64,000 bases of DNA from Minisyncoccota bacterium. GTDB taxonomy: Bacteria; Patescibacteriota; Minisyncoccia; Phycocordibacterales; Phycocordibacteraceae. Positions 19,346 through 28,048 of this stretch are shown piece after piece (position 1 is the stretch's first letter; each line of letters begins with the position of its first letter). The stretch covers positions 1,631-65,630 of the forward strand of contig JBDSUM010000017.1 in assembly GCA_039927695.1 (NCBI GenBank). The letters are read 5' to 3'. A model generated the notes under the pieces. The model was not told the origin of the DNA. It ran no database searches and saw only the letters and a list, made by a program, of their open reading frames with translations. The translations under genes were made by a program, and so were the position numbers.

Positions 19346-19975
19346 TTATTGCGTATAAGGGATAGGGTTTTCCATATCCGCCAAATTAAAAGAACGATAC
19401 AAGAGCTCGATTATTTCTTCAGTATTAAGAGGCACCGCTCGCAGGCCTGAGGCCGCAAGTCCTCCAGCCACAAGTGACATACGTTGCTCAAGCTGCACAC
19501 GAGTTTCTTCAAACGAGGTATCCCCTTCTGAGCTAGTTGGGGAATGTCCTCCGAAGAATGGAAGTGCGCTCACCGCCTGCTTCACATTTAAAACGCTGTA
19601 CGGCACAACGATATAGAATGTCTTGGTCATAATATCCGCACCTTCAATGAAGTTACGAATGAAGGCTTGGTATTCGCGAAGCTGAATACGCATGAGTTCG
19701 CTCGTCTGCATTTCCATACGCTCCTGCAAAAGCCCGAGGTAGGGACGAATATCCATCTTTCGAGAATGAATAACTATTTGTATAGAAAAATCGAGTGTAT
19801 TAAGAAAGTTCTGGAAACCACCGATGATAGCTTTTTGCTCGTCTTCGGATTTGAGCGCGAAGTTAAGCGACGAGCACATCATGATGCCGCGATACCCGCC
19901 ATCTTTAAGTATGACTACGCCATTGCGTACTTCTTGAACGGGAACAAAGGACTGTGTTGATTTAGATGTTGCCAT
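19346..19975 (-). CDS. VirB4 N-terminal domain fragment, separated from the ATPase ORF by an in-frame TAA
   Basis: EVRNGVVILKDGGYRGIMMCSSLNFALKSEDEQ matches the N-terminal region of Gram-positive VirB4 proteins. Same reading frame as the ORF at 17507-19342. Confidence 0.55.
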   Translation of the reverse strand: MATSKSTQSFVPVQEVRNGVVILKDGGYRGIMMCSSLNFALKSEDEQKAIIGGFQNFLNTLDFSIQIVIHSRKMDIRPYLGLLQERMEMQTSELMRIQLREYQAFIRNFIEGADIMTKTFYIVVPYSVLNVKQAVSALPFFGGHSPTSSEGDTSFEETRVQLEQRMSLVAGGLAASGLRAVPLNTEEIIELLYRSFNLADMENPIPYTQ

Positions 19976-19978
19976 ACC

Positions 19979-20398
19979 TTATATAGGTTCTTGTGGACTA
20001 TTTTGGTCCTTAATATCGAGCGAAAGTGCCAAATCCTTGAGTCTTCCTGAAGAAATACCGAGTTTCTCACGTGGCGGAAGTGGTGCGACAGGCACTACTG
20101 GTCTAGCCTGCTCACTCTTTTCTTCCTTCTTCCAAAGATAGAGACGATCTTTGGTATAGAACGAGAGCCCTGCACCCAACATATCAGTGAAACTCTTATT
20201 GTTTACTTTATAGAAAGCCAAAGCTCCTGCAAAACCTCCTACTGGAATACAGAGTATGATTGCAACAACAAGGGGTAAGTACAAAACAAACACAACACAG
20301 AGCCCAATACCACCGGCAAGGTAAATGAACTGCTTAAGGGTCAGTGGTCCAAAAATCTTGTCTTCAACTTCGATGAACTGTGGAACTTGGTACTCCAT
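19979..20398 (-). CDS. PrgI/VirB3-like small membrane protein
   Basis: MEYQVPQFIEVEDKIFGPLTLKQFIYL followed by two TM helices. Immediately upstream of VirB4, as in prgI-prgJ. Confidence 0.5.
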   Translation of the reverse strand: MEYQVPQFIEVEDKIFGPLTLKQFIYLAGGIGLCVVFVLYLPLVVAIILCIPVGGFAGALAFYKVNNKSFTDMLGAGLSFYTKDRLYLWKKEEKSEQARPVVPVAPLPPREKLGISSGRLKDLALSLDIKDQNSPQEPI

Positions 20399-20459
20399 TA
20401 TAGCTAGTATACCAGCAGTTCTTACTCGTACTCAGTTACTTAACAACTTGAACCTAAAA

Positions 20460-21149
20460 TTAATGCCCTCCGCCGTGTCCTCCTCCCCCATGACCACCTG
20501 CAGCTTTCTTTGCTCCACCACTGCTACCGCCCTTTCCACCAGCTAGCTTCATTGCCTGGTCCTTAAGCTTGAGTACGGTAGTCATTCCAAGTGCAAATAC
20601 TGCACCGATAGCCCCTGCAATCAAGAGGGCACTCCATTTAACGAACTTCCCCGCCCACCAGAATAACCCTTTCTTTATTTTTGCACCCTCACCTCCGCCA
20701 GTTGCTGGTCCGTGAGCGTCACCCCCTTCCTTTCTCATAGCTCCGCCAGCTGCAGCTACAGGAACCCGCTCAATTGTAGAGGTTTCTCTGCTGTGACCAG
20801 CTTCTCTTTCGGCAACTGTTTCTGCAGTGAATATCTGTTCACTTTCCGGTACCGACAGCTCTTCCTCAATCACTTCAAGTTGTTTTTCGTCATGTATCAT
20901 TCCAAGACGCCCCATCACACTCTTTAATTTTTCCTCATCATCAGGAACCATTGCATCATTATCATTTGCAGTTTCCTGAGAAGGCATCGAATACACCGCC
21001 TCATTATCATTTGCTGCTTCAATACTTGGCGTTGGAATAGAAAAAACTACTTCCTCATCATTTGCAGCCATTGGCGTCTCATGGGGATGGTCATTAAGAA
21101 CTGGTTCTGCTTGGGCGTGATTAAGTTTTGGCATAGCGTTTAAACTCAT
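20460..21149 (-). CDS. hypothetical protein with acidic tandem repeats, one TM helix and Gly/His-rich tail
   Basis: Repeats ANDEEVVFSIP / ANDNEAVYSMP / ANDNDAMVP. C-terminal GGHGGGGHGGGH. Confidence 0.4.
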   Translation of the reverse strand: MSLNAMPKLNHAQAEPVLNDHPHETPMAANDEEVVFSIPTPSIEAANDNEAVYSMPSQETANDNDAMVPDDEEKLKSVMGRLGMIHDEKQLEVIEEELSVPESEQIFTAETVAEREAGHSRETSTIERVPVAAAGGAMRKEGGDAHGPATGGGEGAKIKKGLFWWAGKFVKWSALLIAGAIGAVFALGMTTVLKLKDQAMKLAGGKGGSSGGAKKAAGGHGGGGHGGGH

Positions 21150-21161
21150 TAGGCTAGTATA

Positions 21162-22019
21162 TCAACTAATTTGCTCACGATATGGGTCTGAACCATATTC
21201 CTTTGTAAGGGGTTCGGGTCTAGCAATAACAGGAGCTTGAGATGCTTGTGGCTTAAATAACGGCAACTCAGCTGGCTTAGCTGGACTCCATGATCTCGGT
21301 ATCTCAATCGGTGGAGGGGCCGGAACCGCACGTGAATTTACCGGCATTGATGTGTAAGGTACTGATGCGGTCTGAAATGATTGAGCTGGAGACGTTTGCC
21401 ATGGGTGTGGAACTGTCGGCATAGTTCCTGGCAACGAGGCTGGAGCTACTGACTTTGGATGCGTTAGCGCGTCAACATCTCCAGCCATCGTTCGAGCGGG
21501 CTGTATCATTGTCGCCTCTTGTGCAACTGGAGCTTGGACAGGAGCTTGAGACTCAGGGCGAATGAGGTTGTACGCAGGTGGTTCTTGCGGAGTCGGCGGA
21601 GTGACGACGGGTGACGTTTGTGGAGCGGGCGTGGGTACATCATTTGCTGAGCCGACTTGCATGACAGGCACTTGAGCAAGTGTTGAGGGCTGGGGCGCTG
21701 GTGCAGCGCCTCCTATTTTACGTATTTCATCACGTAACGGTACAAACACTTCCTTATTTAAATCTGCAGTGAGTTGACGCGCGATTGGTTCGGGTACGCC
21801 AGCAAATTGGAGTTTGCCAACAAAATCCTCTGGTTTCAATATGCCAAGAAGCATATTTCGTATGTACTCAGTAACATCCCCTGCCACATCAATGTGCAAC
21901 TTGTACCTGTCAGCAACTTTAAGAATAAAATCTATCGCCGCTCCCTCGGTAAGAGAGTCCTGAATCGGTTTAGGCGAAGAATTAAATATTTCAAGAAGCT
22001 GATCGTCAGTAGGTTCCAT
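21162..22019 (-). CDS. hypothetical protein with structured N-domain and Pro-rich C-terminal half
   Basis: 285 aa with PTPAPQTSPVVTPPTPQEPP-type low complexity. Confidence 0.45.
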   Translation of the reverse strand: MEPTDDQLLEIFNSSPKPIQDSLTEGAAIDFILKVADRYKLHIDVAGDVTEYIRNMLLGILKPEDFVGKLQFAGVPEPIARQLTADLNKEVFVPLRDEIRKIGGAAPAPQPSTLAQVPVMQVGSANDVPTPAPQTSPVVTPPTPQEPPAYNLIRPESQAPVQAPVAQEATMIQPARTMAGDVDALTHPKSVAPASLPGTMPTVPHPWQTSPAQSFQTASVPYTSMPVNSRAVPAPPPIEIPRSWSPAKPAELPLFKPQASQAPVIARPEPLTKEYGSDPYREQIS

Positions 22020-22021
22020 AG

Positions 22022-24586
22022 CTATTTAACTTTAATAATACCTTTCCAATACTCCTTAACTTTAGGATTGGCCTTTAGAAGGGCTCTAAAGTCATTCCAA
22101 TGAGGATCTCCCGAAGCCTTAAGACTATTGATGTGATTTTTAACAATAGTTTGCTGTGCATCTGTTAATTTTCCTGGATCAACAAATGCTAACTGGCTCC
22201 CCGTCATCTCATTTAGAACTTCAGCGTTTACGATAGCCTCCCCTGGAATCTTACCAATCGCTTCCCTATTCATGCCCTTTAGTCTAGCTGAGACAAAAAT
22301 AGGGTCACTTAGACGTGCAGTTCTTGCCGTATCGAATTCACTTCGCTGGGCGTCTGTTAGATTATTATTCTTTTTAGCCTCTTTAAAGAGATCTTCGGAG
22401 AGTGCTGCCGCAAGCGACCCGTTCTTGAGAATGTCAGCGTGTGAACTCTGGGCGATTTGACCAAAGTCTTTGGCAGACAAACGGTTTACTGCTGTAGAAA
22501 GATTCTTTTGAGCTAAGTCGTTTTCAGTTTTAAGTGCTGTGTTAGCGGGATCATCTGCGAATGCTTTAGCTGCAGTTTCTGCTTTACGCGCTTGATCAGC
22601 AATACCACCGGCTCCACCAAAACGGAAATCACGCATTTCAATCTTCGCACTTTCATCAATTTCTTTATTATTCATCATCTTTTCGAACATTTCTGGAGAA
22701 AGGTTCTTTGCAATAAGGTCTAGCTTAGGACCATGGGCCTTGAGCACGCCGAGCTCAGCAAGTTGTGCCTCACTAACACCCTTAAGAGCTGCTGCCATAG
22801 ACGCGTTATTTGTTGCATCCCGAACCTTCTTACCAGCGGCAGCTCTATCAAATTCCTTATGACGTTCCTTGTGGTGTTTCTCACTAGCGTCAAACGATGT
22901 TGAGCCACCGAACTTAGCATTTCTTATAGAGGAGAACGCTGATGCAACTCCAGTATCAAGTCCCAAGACATTATTTTTAACAAATAAATTATGACCCAAC
23001 CTAGACTCATATTGTTTTTGGAGAGCTGCAGCGCCCCGGCCAAAAGTGTTACGACCAGCGACACTGCTCAAAGCTCCGAGCGGCTTTCCAATAATGCTCT
23101 GCGCCGTACTTATCGCATAGCTCGCCCCCATGGCACCAAAGGAACTGGCAGCTTTTAATGAGCCTATGAGAAAACCAATAACAATAACGAAAATGAGAAT
23201 AACCCCCATAGTAGAGGTGTCTGGAGCTGTAAGAGCACCGGCAAGACCATCCCCTCCCACATCGCCGAGCCTTTCGGTTACCTTGAGACTTATAAATATA
23301 AGAAGAAGTAATAGTGGGGCAAAGAATGCTTGATGCAAGAGAGTACTCCACCATCTTGAGGCTAATCCGTGGAGCGGTGGAATCGCCATACCTGCAAAAC
23401 CAATAGGCGCAAACACCATCAAGAGCGTGAGTGTGACAGCTCGAATCACGAGCATAATTGAAGCCGCAAGCATAACGATTGCACCGATAGTTGCAAAGAG
23501 GGCAAGGCCAACATACACGGCGATGCTTGGAATACCAAGATTGGCGCTATTAATCTTAAACATTGTAGAAAGACCGCTCGCTTGCATAATACTTCCTCCT
23601 ATACCGTAGTTAACGGAGCAGTTTGCATCATTAGCTTCTGCGGTGGCCAGGCTTGTTGTTTGCCCGGTAATAACTCCACTGAATCCTCCACATGGTTCTG
23701 AATTTGCTTGACTGTATAAAATGGTACTGAATACGTTTGAAGTATCAATAATTGCTTCGGCAGCAAAAAGGCTGAAGTTCATAAGAACCGCAAAAATAAT
23801 GAGTGGAGGAAGTGCTTTCTTTGCATTGTAAGTATGAAGATCTAGAATGGTAGCGAGACCCATGAAAATAAATCCGAAGAGTAAAACCATATTTCCCAAG
23901 TCGCGGAGAATACCCCACGCCAGTAGTAGTCCTGGAGAATTTCCAATAAGCTGCGAGAATTGGAACACTGTCTTTACAACAACAAGGTTGAAGAGAACAC
24001 CTGCAATGCCGAGTATGAAGGTGGCGATGTGGAGAATTGCTCCACCAACTGCGCCGAGAACTTGCTGGCCAACATCGGCAACAGCATTGGTAATTGGAGC
24101 TAGTAGTGACTTACCTACGTTTGCAACAGCTCCGCTACTAGAGCAGGAAGTGGCGCTGTCGCAAGTTTGCGTTGCGCCACTAAAATCGCCTCTCACATAG
24201 GAAACAGCTCCCGCTGCCGTAGTCACCTTACATACTGGCGGGCCGTTAGGTATATAGCATTGCAGCCTGTCACCTTTTTTATATGGCACGGTTAGACCGT
24301 AAAGACCGAAAGATACTGATGAGTCTATCTCTGCAACACCCCCACAATAATATGAGCTGATTGTAACCGAGCTACTCTCACTACAGCGGGTAAGAGTTGC
24401 TGGCGCATCTTTCCATACTCGCTCTAAATATTGCGCAGCGTTCTCAGTCGATGGGTCAGCTGGGGGATCAGCTGCAAGCGCATGCGGTGCAATTGGCGCT
24501 GAAAAAAGCATACCTCCAACAAATAGTGGGAGCATGAGGAAGTACGCTACCCTCTTAGAAAAACAATCTTTAGGGATTCTCCGCAT
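22022..24586 (-). CDS. VirB6/TcpH/PrgH-like polytopic T4SS channel protein with large C-terminal soluble domain
   Basis: 854 aa. Signal/anchor, then ~7-8 TM helices, then a ~350-aa charged helical C-terminus. Size and topology resemble Gram-positive VirB6 homologues. Confidence 0.45.
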   Translation of the reverse strand: MRRIPKDCFSKRVAYFLMLPLFVGGMLFSAPIAPHALAADPPADPSTENAAQYLERVWKDAPATLTRCSESSSVTISSYYCGGVAEIDSSVSFGLYGLTVPYKKGDRLQCYIPNGPPVCKVTTAAGAVSYVRGDFSGATQTCDSATSCSSSGAVANVGKSLLAPITNAVADVGQQVLGAVGGAILHIATFILGIAGVLFNLVVVKTVFQFSQLIGNSPGLLLAWGILRDLGNMVLLFGFIFMGLATILDLHTYNAKKALPPLIIFAVLMNFSLFAAEAIIDTSNVFSTILYSQANSEPCGGFSGVITGQTTSLATAEANDANCSVNYGIGGSIMQASGLSTMFKINSANLGIPSIAVYVGLALFATIGAIVMLAASIMLVIRAVTLTLLMVFAPIGFAGMAIPPLHGLASRWWSTLLHQAFFAPLLLLLIFISLKVTERLGDVGGDGLAGALTAPDTSTMGVILIFVIVIGFLIGSLKAASSFGAMGASYAISTAQSIIGKPLGALSSVAGRNTFGRGAAALQKQYESRLGHNLFVKNNVLGLDTGVASAFSSIRNAKFGGSTSFDASEKHHKERHKEFDRAAAGKKVRDATNNASMAAALKGVSEAQLAELGVLKAHGPKLDLIAKNLSPEMFEKMMNNKEIDESAKIEMRDFRFGGAGGIADQARKAETAAKAFADDPANTALKTENDLAQKNLSTAVNRLSAKDFGQIAQSSHADILKNGSLAAALSEDLFKEAKKNNNLTDAQRSEFDTARTARLSDPIFVSARLKGMNREAIGKIPGEAIVNAEVLNEMTGSQLAFVDPGKLTDAQQTIVKNHINSLKASGDPHWNDFRALLKANPKVKEYWKGIIKVK

Positions 24587-24591
24587 AGCGT

Positions 24592-26160
24592 TTATCTAGC
24601 GACACAACTTGAGGCCAGGTTAGTCATCTGAGTATAGAGAGTGGTCTGACTGCTGCTGGCGCTCGTTGGCTGGCTTTGTATAAATGCTTCGCCAAACTCA
24701 GTTGGAGAGATTATTGGCGAGGAAAGATACGTCTGGTAGCTTATAGTCGCATTTGAGATGACTTGGCTTTTATTTGGAGCATTACTTGCAGAGGCACTTT
24801 TAACTTGGTCTTCCTGCACATTTAACGCACTAAGTGCTCTGGAAGCCTTATCTAATTCTTGATTTCCTTGATTCAAAACGGTAGTTATTTCAGAACGAGT
24901 ACCACATGAAGTCTGTGCCTGAGTAGCTGCGCTGATAATAGTTCCCCACTGCTTCTGGAAATTATTCAAACTTGTACGGTCGTTCTCCAGGGTTTGTACC
25001 CAGCCATTAGCGAGACTTGTTGTCAGTGCATCATACTGTGACGGGCTTGTAGCTTGATCGAGGTACGAAGAGCCCCCACCAGATGTGGGTTGAGACGCTC
25101 CACTCAAGCCACCGCTACCAAGTACCTTATTTACCAACTGTCCCATAAGAGCACCAACGACTTCGTTTATAGAGTCAGCCGCTTGTAGCGAATCCAACCC
25201 CGACTGCAATGTCTTCGGCATCATGCCAACAATTACAGAACCAGGGGTACGTATTGGACTATTTCTACATTGTTCAGCTTTTGAAAGTGAAACAGGCTTC
25301 GTTCCCAGCGCAGTAGAAACCGCATTGTTAGCTGCAGCTAATGCGCCAGCTCTACCTCCTGTTGCAGGAGCGTTAGGGGTGTCTATAACACTTGTTGTGG
25401 GCGCAGCCGACGGAGACGTTGGGCACTCACCTCTCCATGACAGAAATCCTTGGCCATTTTGTATCTCTGACTGGCGTTGCTTCGTTGCAACATCAATACT
25501 CGCCCACAATTGGTCACTTGCCAGTTTATAAGCATCAAACGGGTTATTCGCAGGATTCTGACTTGCTGAGAAAAATCCATTAAAGCCACCTTGTGAGAAG
25601 TTTCCGTCTAGGAACGCTTTCGGATCAGTACTATGCCCGCTTAAGTCATATGCAGAAAGTCCAAGCGCTCCGCTAGTTTCGCGATAATACGCTGAGCGCA
25701 ATTTCTGATTTATTTGATCTTGGAATGGAGAACGTATGTTAAACCCGGTTGAATCCACCACAGTATTATTCAATTGATTAAAAAAATCATCAGCAACAGA
25801 ATCCCCTAGATACTTAAGGTTACTTTGAAGATCACTTACAAATGCTGGAGATCCATTAAATCCAGAGTTTATCCAATTAACAGTACTGCGTGTTATCGAT
25901 TGAATCGTTAGCTTAGCGACTGTCCATGCAAGGCCGTTAAGAATCTTTGATACTACGACAGAATCCACACTTGCTGCGGCACCAATAGTATTTTGAATAA
26001 GGTTTGTAGGATCGATAACAATGTCACCGACTCCCAAAAATGCTTCAGCCTTAGGAGCTTCGTGTACTGCAAAAGATCCATAAGACAGACCTAAAACAAT
26101 AGTGAGAGACAGTACTCCAGCACCAATCTTTTTAACCCATGTACGTGTTCGGGAAGTCAT
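24592..26160 (-). CDS. secreted S/T/N/Q-rich protein (possible surface or adhesin component)
   Basis: Signal peptide, 522 aa, low-complexity polar composition. Its start overlaps the stop of the upstream gene by 1 nt (TAATG). Confidence 0.5.
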   Translation of the reverse strand: MTSRTRTWVKKIGAGVLSLTIVLGLSYGSFAVHEAPKAEAFLGVGDIVIDPTNLIQNTIGAAASVDSVVVSKILNGLAWTVAKLTIQSITRSTVNWINSGFNGSPAFVSDLQSNLKYLGDSVADDFFNQLNNTVVDSTGFNIRSPFQDQINQKLRSAYYRETSGALGLSAYDLSGHSTDPKAFLDGNFSQGGFNGFFSASQNPANNPFDAYKLASDQLWASIDVATKQRQSEIQNGQGFLSWRGECPTSPSAAPTTSVIDTPNAPATGGRAGALAAANNAVSTALGTKPVSLSKAEQCRNSPIRTPGSVIVGMMPKTLQSGLDSLQAADSINEVVGALMGQLVNKVLGSGGLSGASQPTSGGGSSYLDQATSPSQYDALTTSLANGWVQTLENDRTSLNNFQKQWGTIISAATQAQTSCGTRSEITTVLNQGNQELDKASRALSALNVQEDQVKSASASNAPNKSQVISNATISYQTYLSSPIISPTEFGEAFIQSQPTSASSSQTTLYTQMTNLASSCVAR

Positions 26161-27164
26161 TATTTTGGTTGGCTAAGTCTACCGAGAAATACAATCAATG
26201 AACCCGGCGTACCATTCGCAGGCTCACCTCCCTGCAATATGATAGTCGCAATTTTTGTAAGCGTCGTTGCGAGCAATGCTGAAGAATCTTGATAGGTAGA
26301 AAACGCACCGAGAGTACCTAGCGGATCTTTTTCGTATACCGTAATAACATTCGTCGACTTTGCAAGAGAATCAAACGCTTGCACAAGTGCCACATGCTGA
26401 GGCACGAGCGCTGGCGGCACAGAGACTGTCATCAGGTCGTTTGCGATTGCACGATATGCGCTCGATATTGCTATAAGTTTTGGACGGGCGCTCTCGTCAT
26501 TCTTTTCTATCAACGCTTCCATGAGTGGTAGCGGTTGGCTGTTTCCAGCCGGTACGTCATGAGCACGTACTATTTTTTCTACGGATGCCGCGTACGTAAG
26601 AATGTCTATAGAAGGATTCGTGTGAACAGATACCCCTGAGTACGATGAGGCGAGAACTTTACCTGCGCGAGTGCTGAAGTCTCCAAGAAGTTGTGTGAGT
26701 AAAGCTTGTTGTGCCTCGGGAGTCATTTGCTGACCACCTGTAGCTTGGAAAAACTTTTGTAAAAATTGTTGCGAGAACTCGTCAGTGACACTTCCCGGCG
26801 CGGCATCTGGTCCTGGGATGTCTGCTTTGGTAATTGTAGTCGTAGCTTGATCTGCAGGAAGCTGGCTCTTGAGTCCTGTTGGCGTTAGGAGTCCTTTCTG
26901 AGCTGCTTCCCCGTCAGGAATACCGTATGAGTTTGAAATTGCTTTGCTAGGATCAGTACCGTAGAGAGTTTCCTGCCAGTCTGGAAGACCATCATTGTCC
27001 GTGTCCTTTGCAGCGTATGCTGCGAGGAGTTCTTGTGTCGATTCCGCGCTCGCTGAGTTAGTACCAAAAATAGTTGGACCAGAAATTATGTATGAAACGC
27101 CCATGAATGAGAGCGCCAATCCTGATGCTGCGATGATGCGAGTTGTTCGTGCAGATATACTCAT
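26160..27164 (-). CDS. secreted protein with thrombospondin-type Ca-binding motif
   Basis: Signal peptide. DTDNDGLPDWQE motif (DxDxDGxxD). Confidence 0.5.
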   Translation of the reverse strand: MSISARTTRIIAASGLALSFMGVSYIISGPTIFGTNSASAESTQELLAAYAAKDTDNDGLPDWQETLYGTDPSKAISNSYGIPDGEAAQKGLLTPTGLKSQLPADQATTTITKADIPGPDAAPGSVTDEFSQQFLQKFFQATGGQQMTPEAQQALLTQLLGDFSTRAGKVLASSYSGVSVHTNPSIDILTYAASVEKIVRAHDVPAGNSQPLPLMEALIEKNDESARPKLIAISSAYRAIANDLMTVSVPPALVPQHVALVQAFDSLAKSTNVITVYEKDPLGTLGAFSTYQDSSALLATTLTKIATIILQGGEPANGTPGSLIVFLGRLSQPK

Positions 27165-27229
27165 AAAAGCTATTGAAATAGTAGCATGAACACTCTATTA
27201 AGGACGTTGTCCTATAGCTGGCATGTGTA

Positions 27230-28045
27230 TTACTTTTGCGTGTCTTTGTACGCTCCGATTATTTCTGCGAGCGCTTTCCATGAATCAAGTTTCATATCTT
27301 CCGACCGAATATTTTCATCAAGTCCAACGCTTCGAAGACTTTCCAAAATAAATGCTGCAGGCGCTAAATCTTCCAAATTCTTTGCAAGACGTTTTCTTTT
27401 GTGTGCAAAGCCAGTCTTCAGTACCTTGAAGAACATTTTCTCTTCCTCTGGGCTAAAAAAAGCATCATTTCGTATGTTTTGTATAGAAATAACTGCAGAA
27501 TCAACGTTTGGCGCGGGGCGGAACGCCCCGCGAGGTACGGTAAAGCAGTATGTTGGCTCTCCGTAAGCCTTTACGGAGAGCGAAAGGATACTTTGTTTGT
27601 CGTGGGAACGAGCAATTCTCTCAGCTACCTCCTTCTGAACGAGCAAGGTCATAGAATATGGCTTATGTTCAGCTTCAAGGAACATCCGCATGATTTCACC
27701 GGTAATGTAATACGGAATATTTGCGACGAGAGCATACGGATTTCCTAGCGATGTCGGATCAAATGAGCGTATATCTCCGTGAATGAGCTCAAGTTTCCCC
27801 ATCTCAATCTCACTTGCGAAGGTTTCAGCAAGTTGTGGCACAAGTTCGTCATCGGCTTCTACCGCCACCACTTTTCCTGTTTTTGCGAGTAAAGCCCGTG
27901 TAAGCATGCCCGTGCCAGGGCCTATTTCAAGCACCGTTGCTCCTTCGGGCAGCAAGGCGCTCATAACTATGCGTTCCGCTATCTGCGGATGCATCAGAAA
28001 GTTCTGACCCAGTGATTTCTTCGGAAGGTTTCGAGGAGGAGTCAT
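27230..28045 (-). CDS. rsmA: 16S rRNA (adenine1518/1519-N6)-dimethyltransferase
   Basis: SLGQNFL and LEIGPGTG SAM-binding motifs. Confidence 0.85.
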   Translation of the reverse strand: MTPPRNLPKKSLGQNFLMHPQIAERIVMSALLPEGATVLEIGPGTGMLTRALLAKTGKVVAVEADDELVPQLAETFASEIEMGKLELIHGDIRSFDPTSLGNPYALVANIPYYITGEIMRMFLEAEHKPYSMTLLVQKEVAERIARSHDKQSILSLSVKAYGEPTYCFTVPRGAFRPAPNVDSAVISIQNIRNDAFFSPEEEKMFFKVLKTGFAHKRKRLAKNLEDLAPAAFILESLRSVGLDENIRSEDMKLDSWKALAEIIGAYKDTQK

Positions 28046-28048
28046 ATG

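Noticed and set aside
19343-19348. Alternative genetic code (UGA recoding, e.g. code 25) as the explanation for the split VirB4
   Set aside because: The interrupting stop is TAA. TGA terminates several confident genes (e.g. 8588-8590, 48237-48239). Trp is encoded by TGG throughout.
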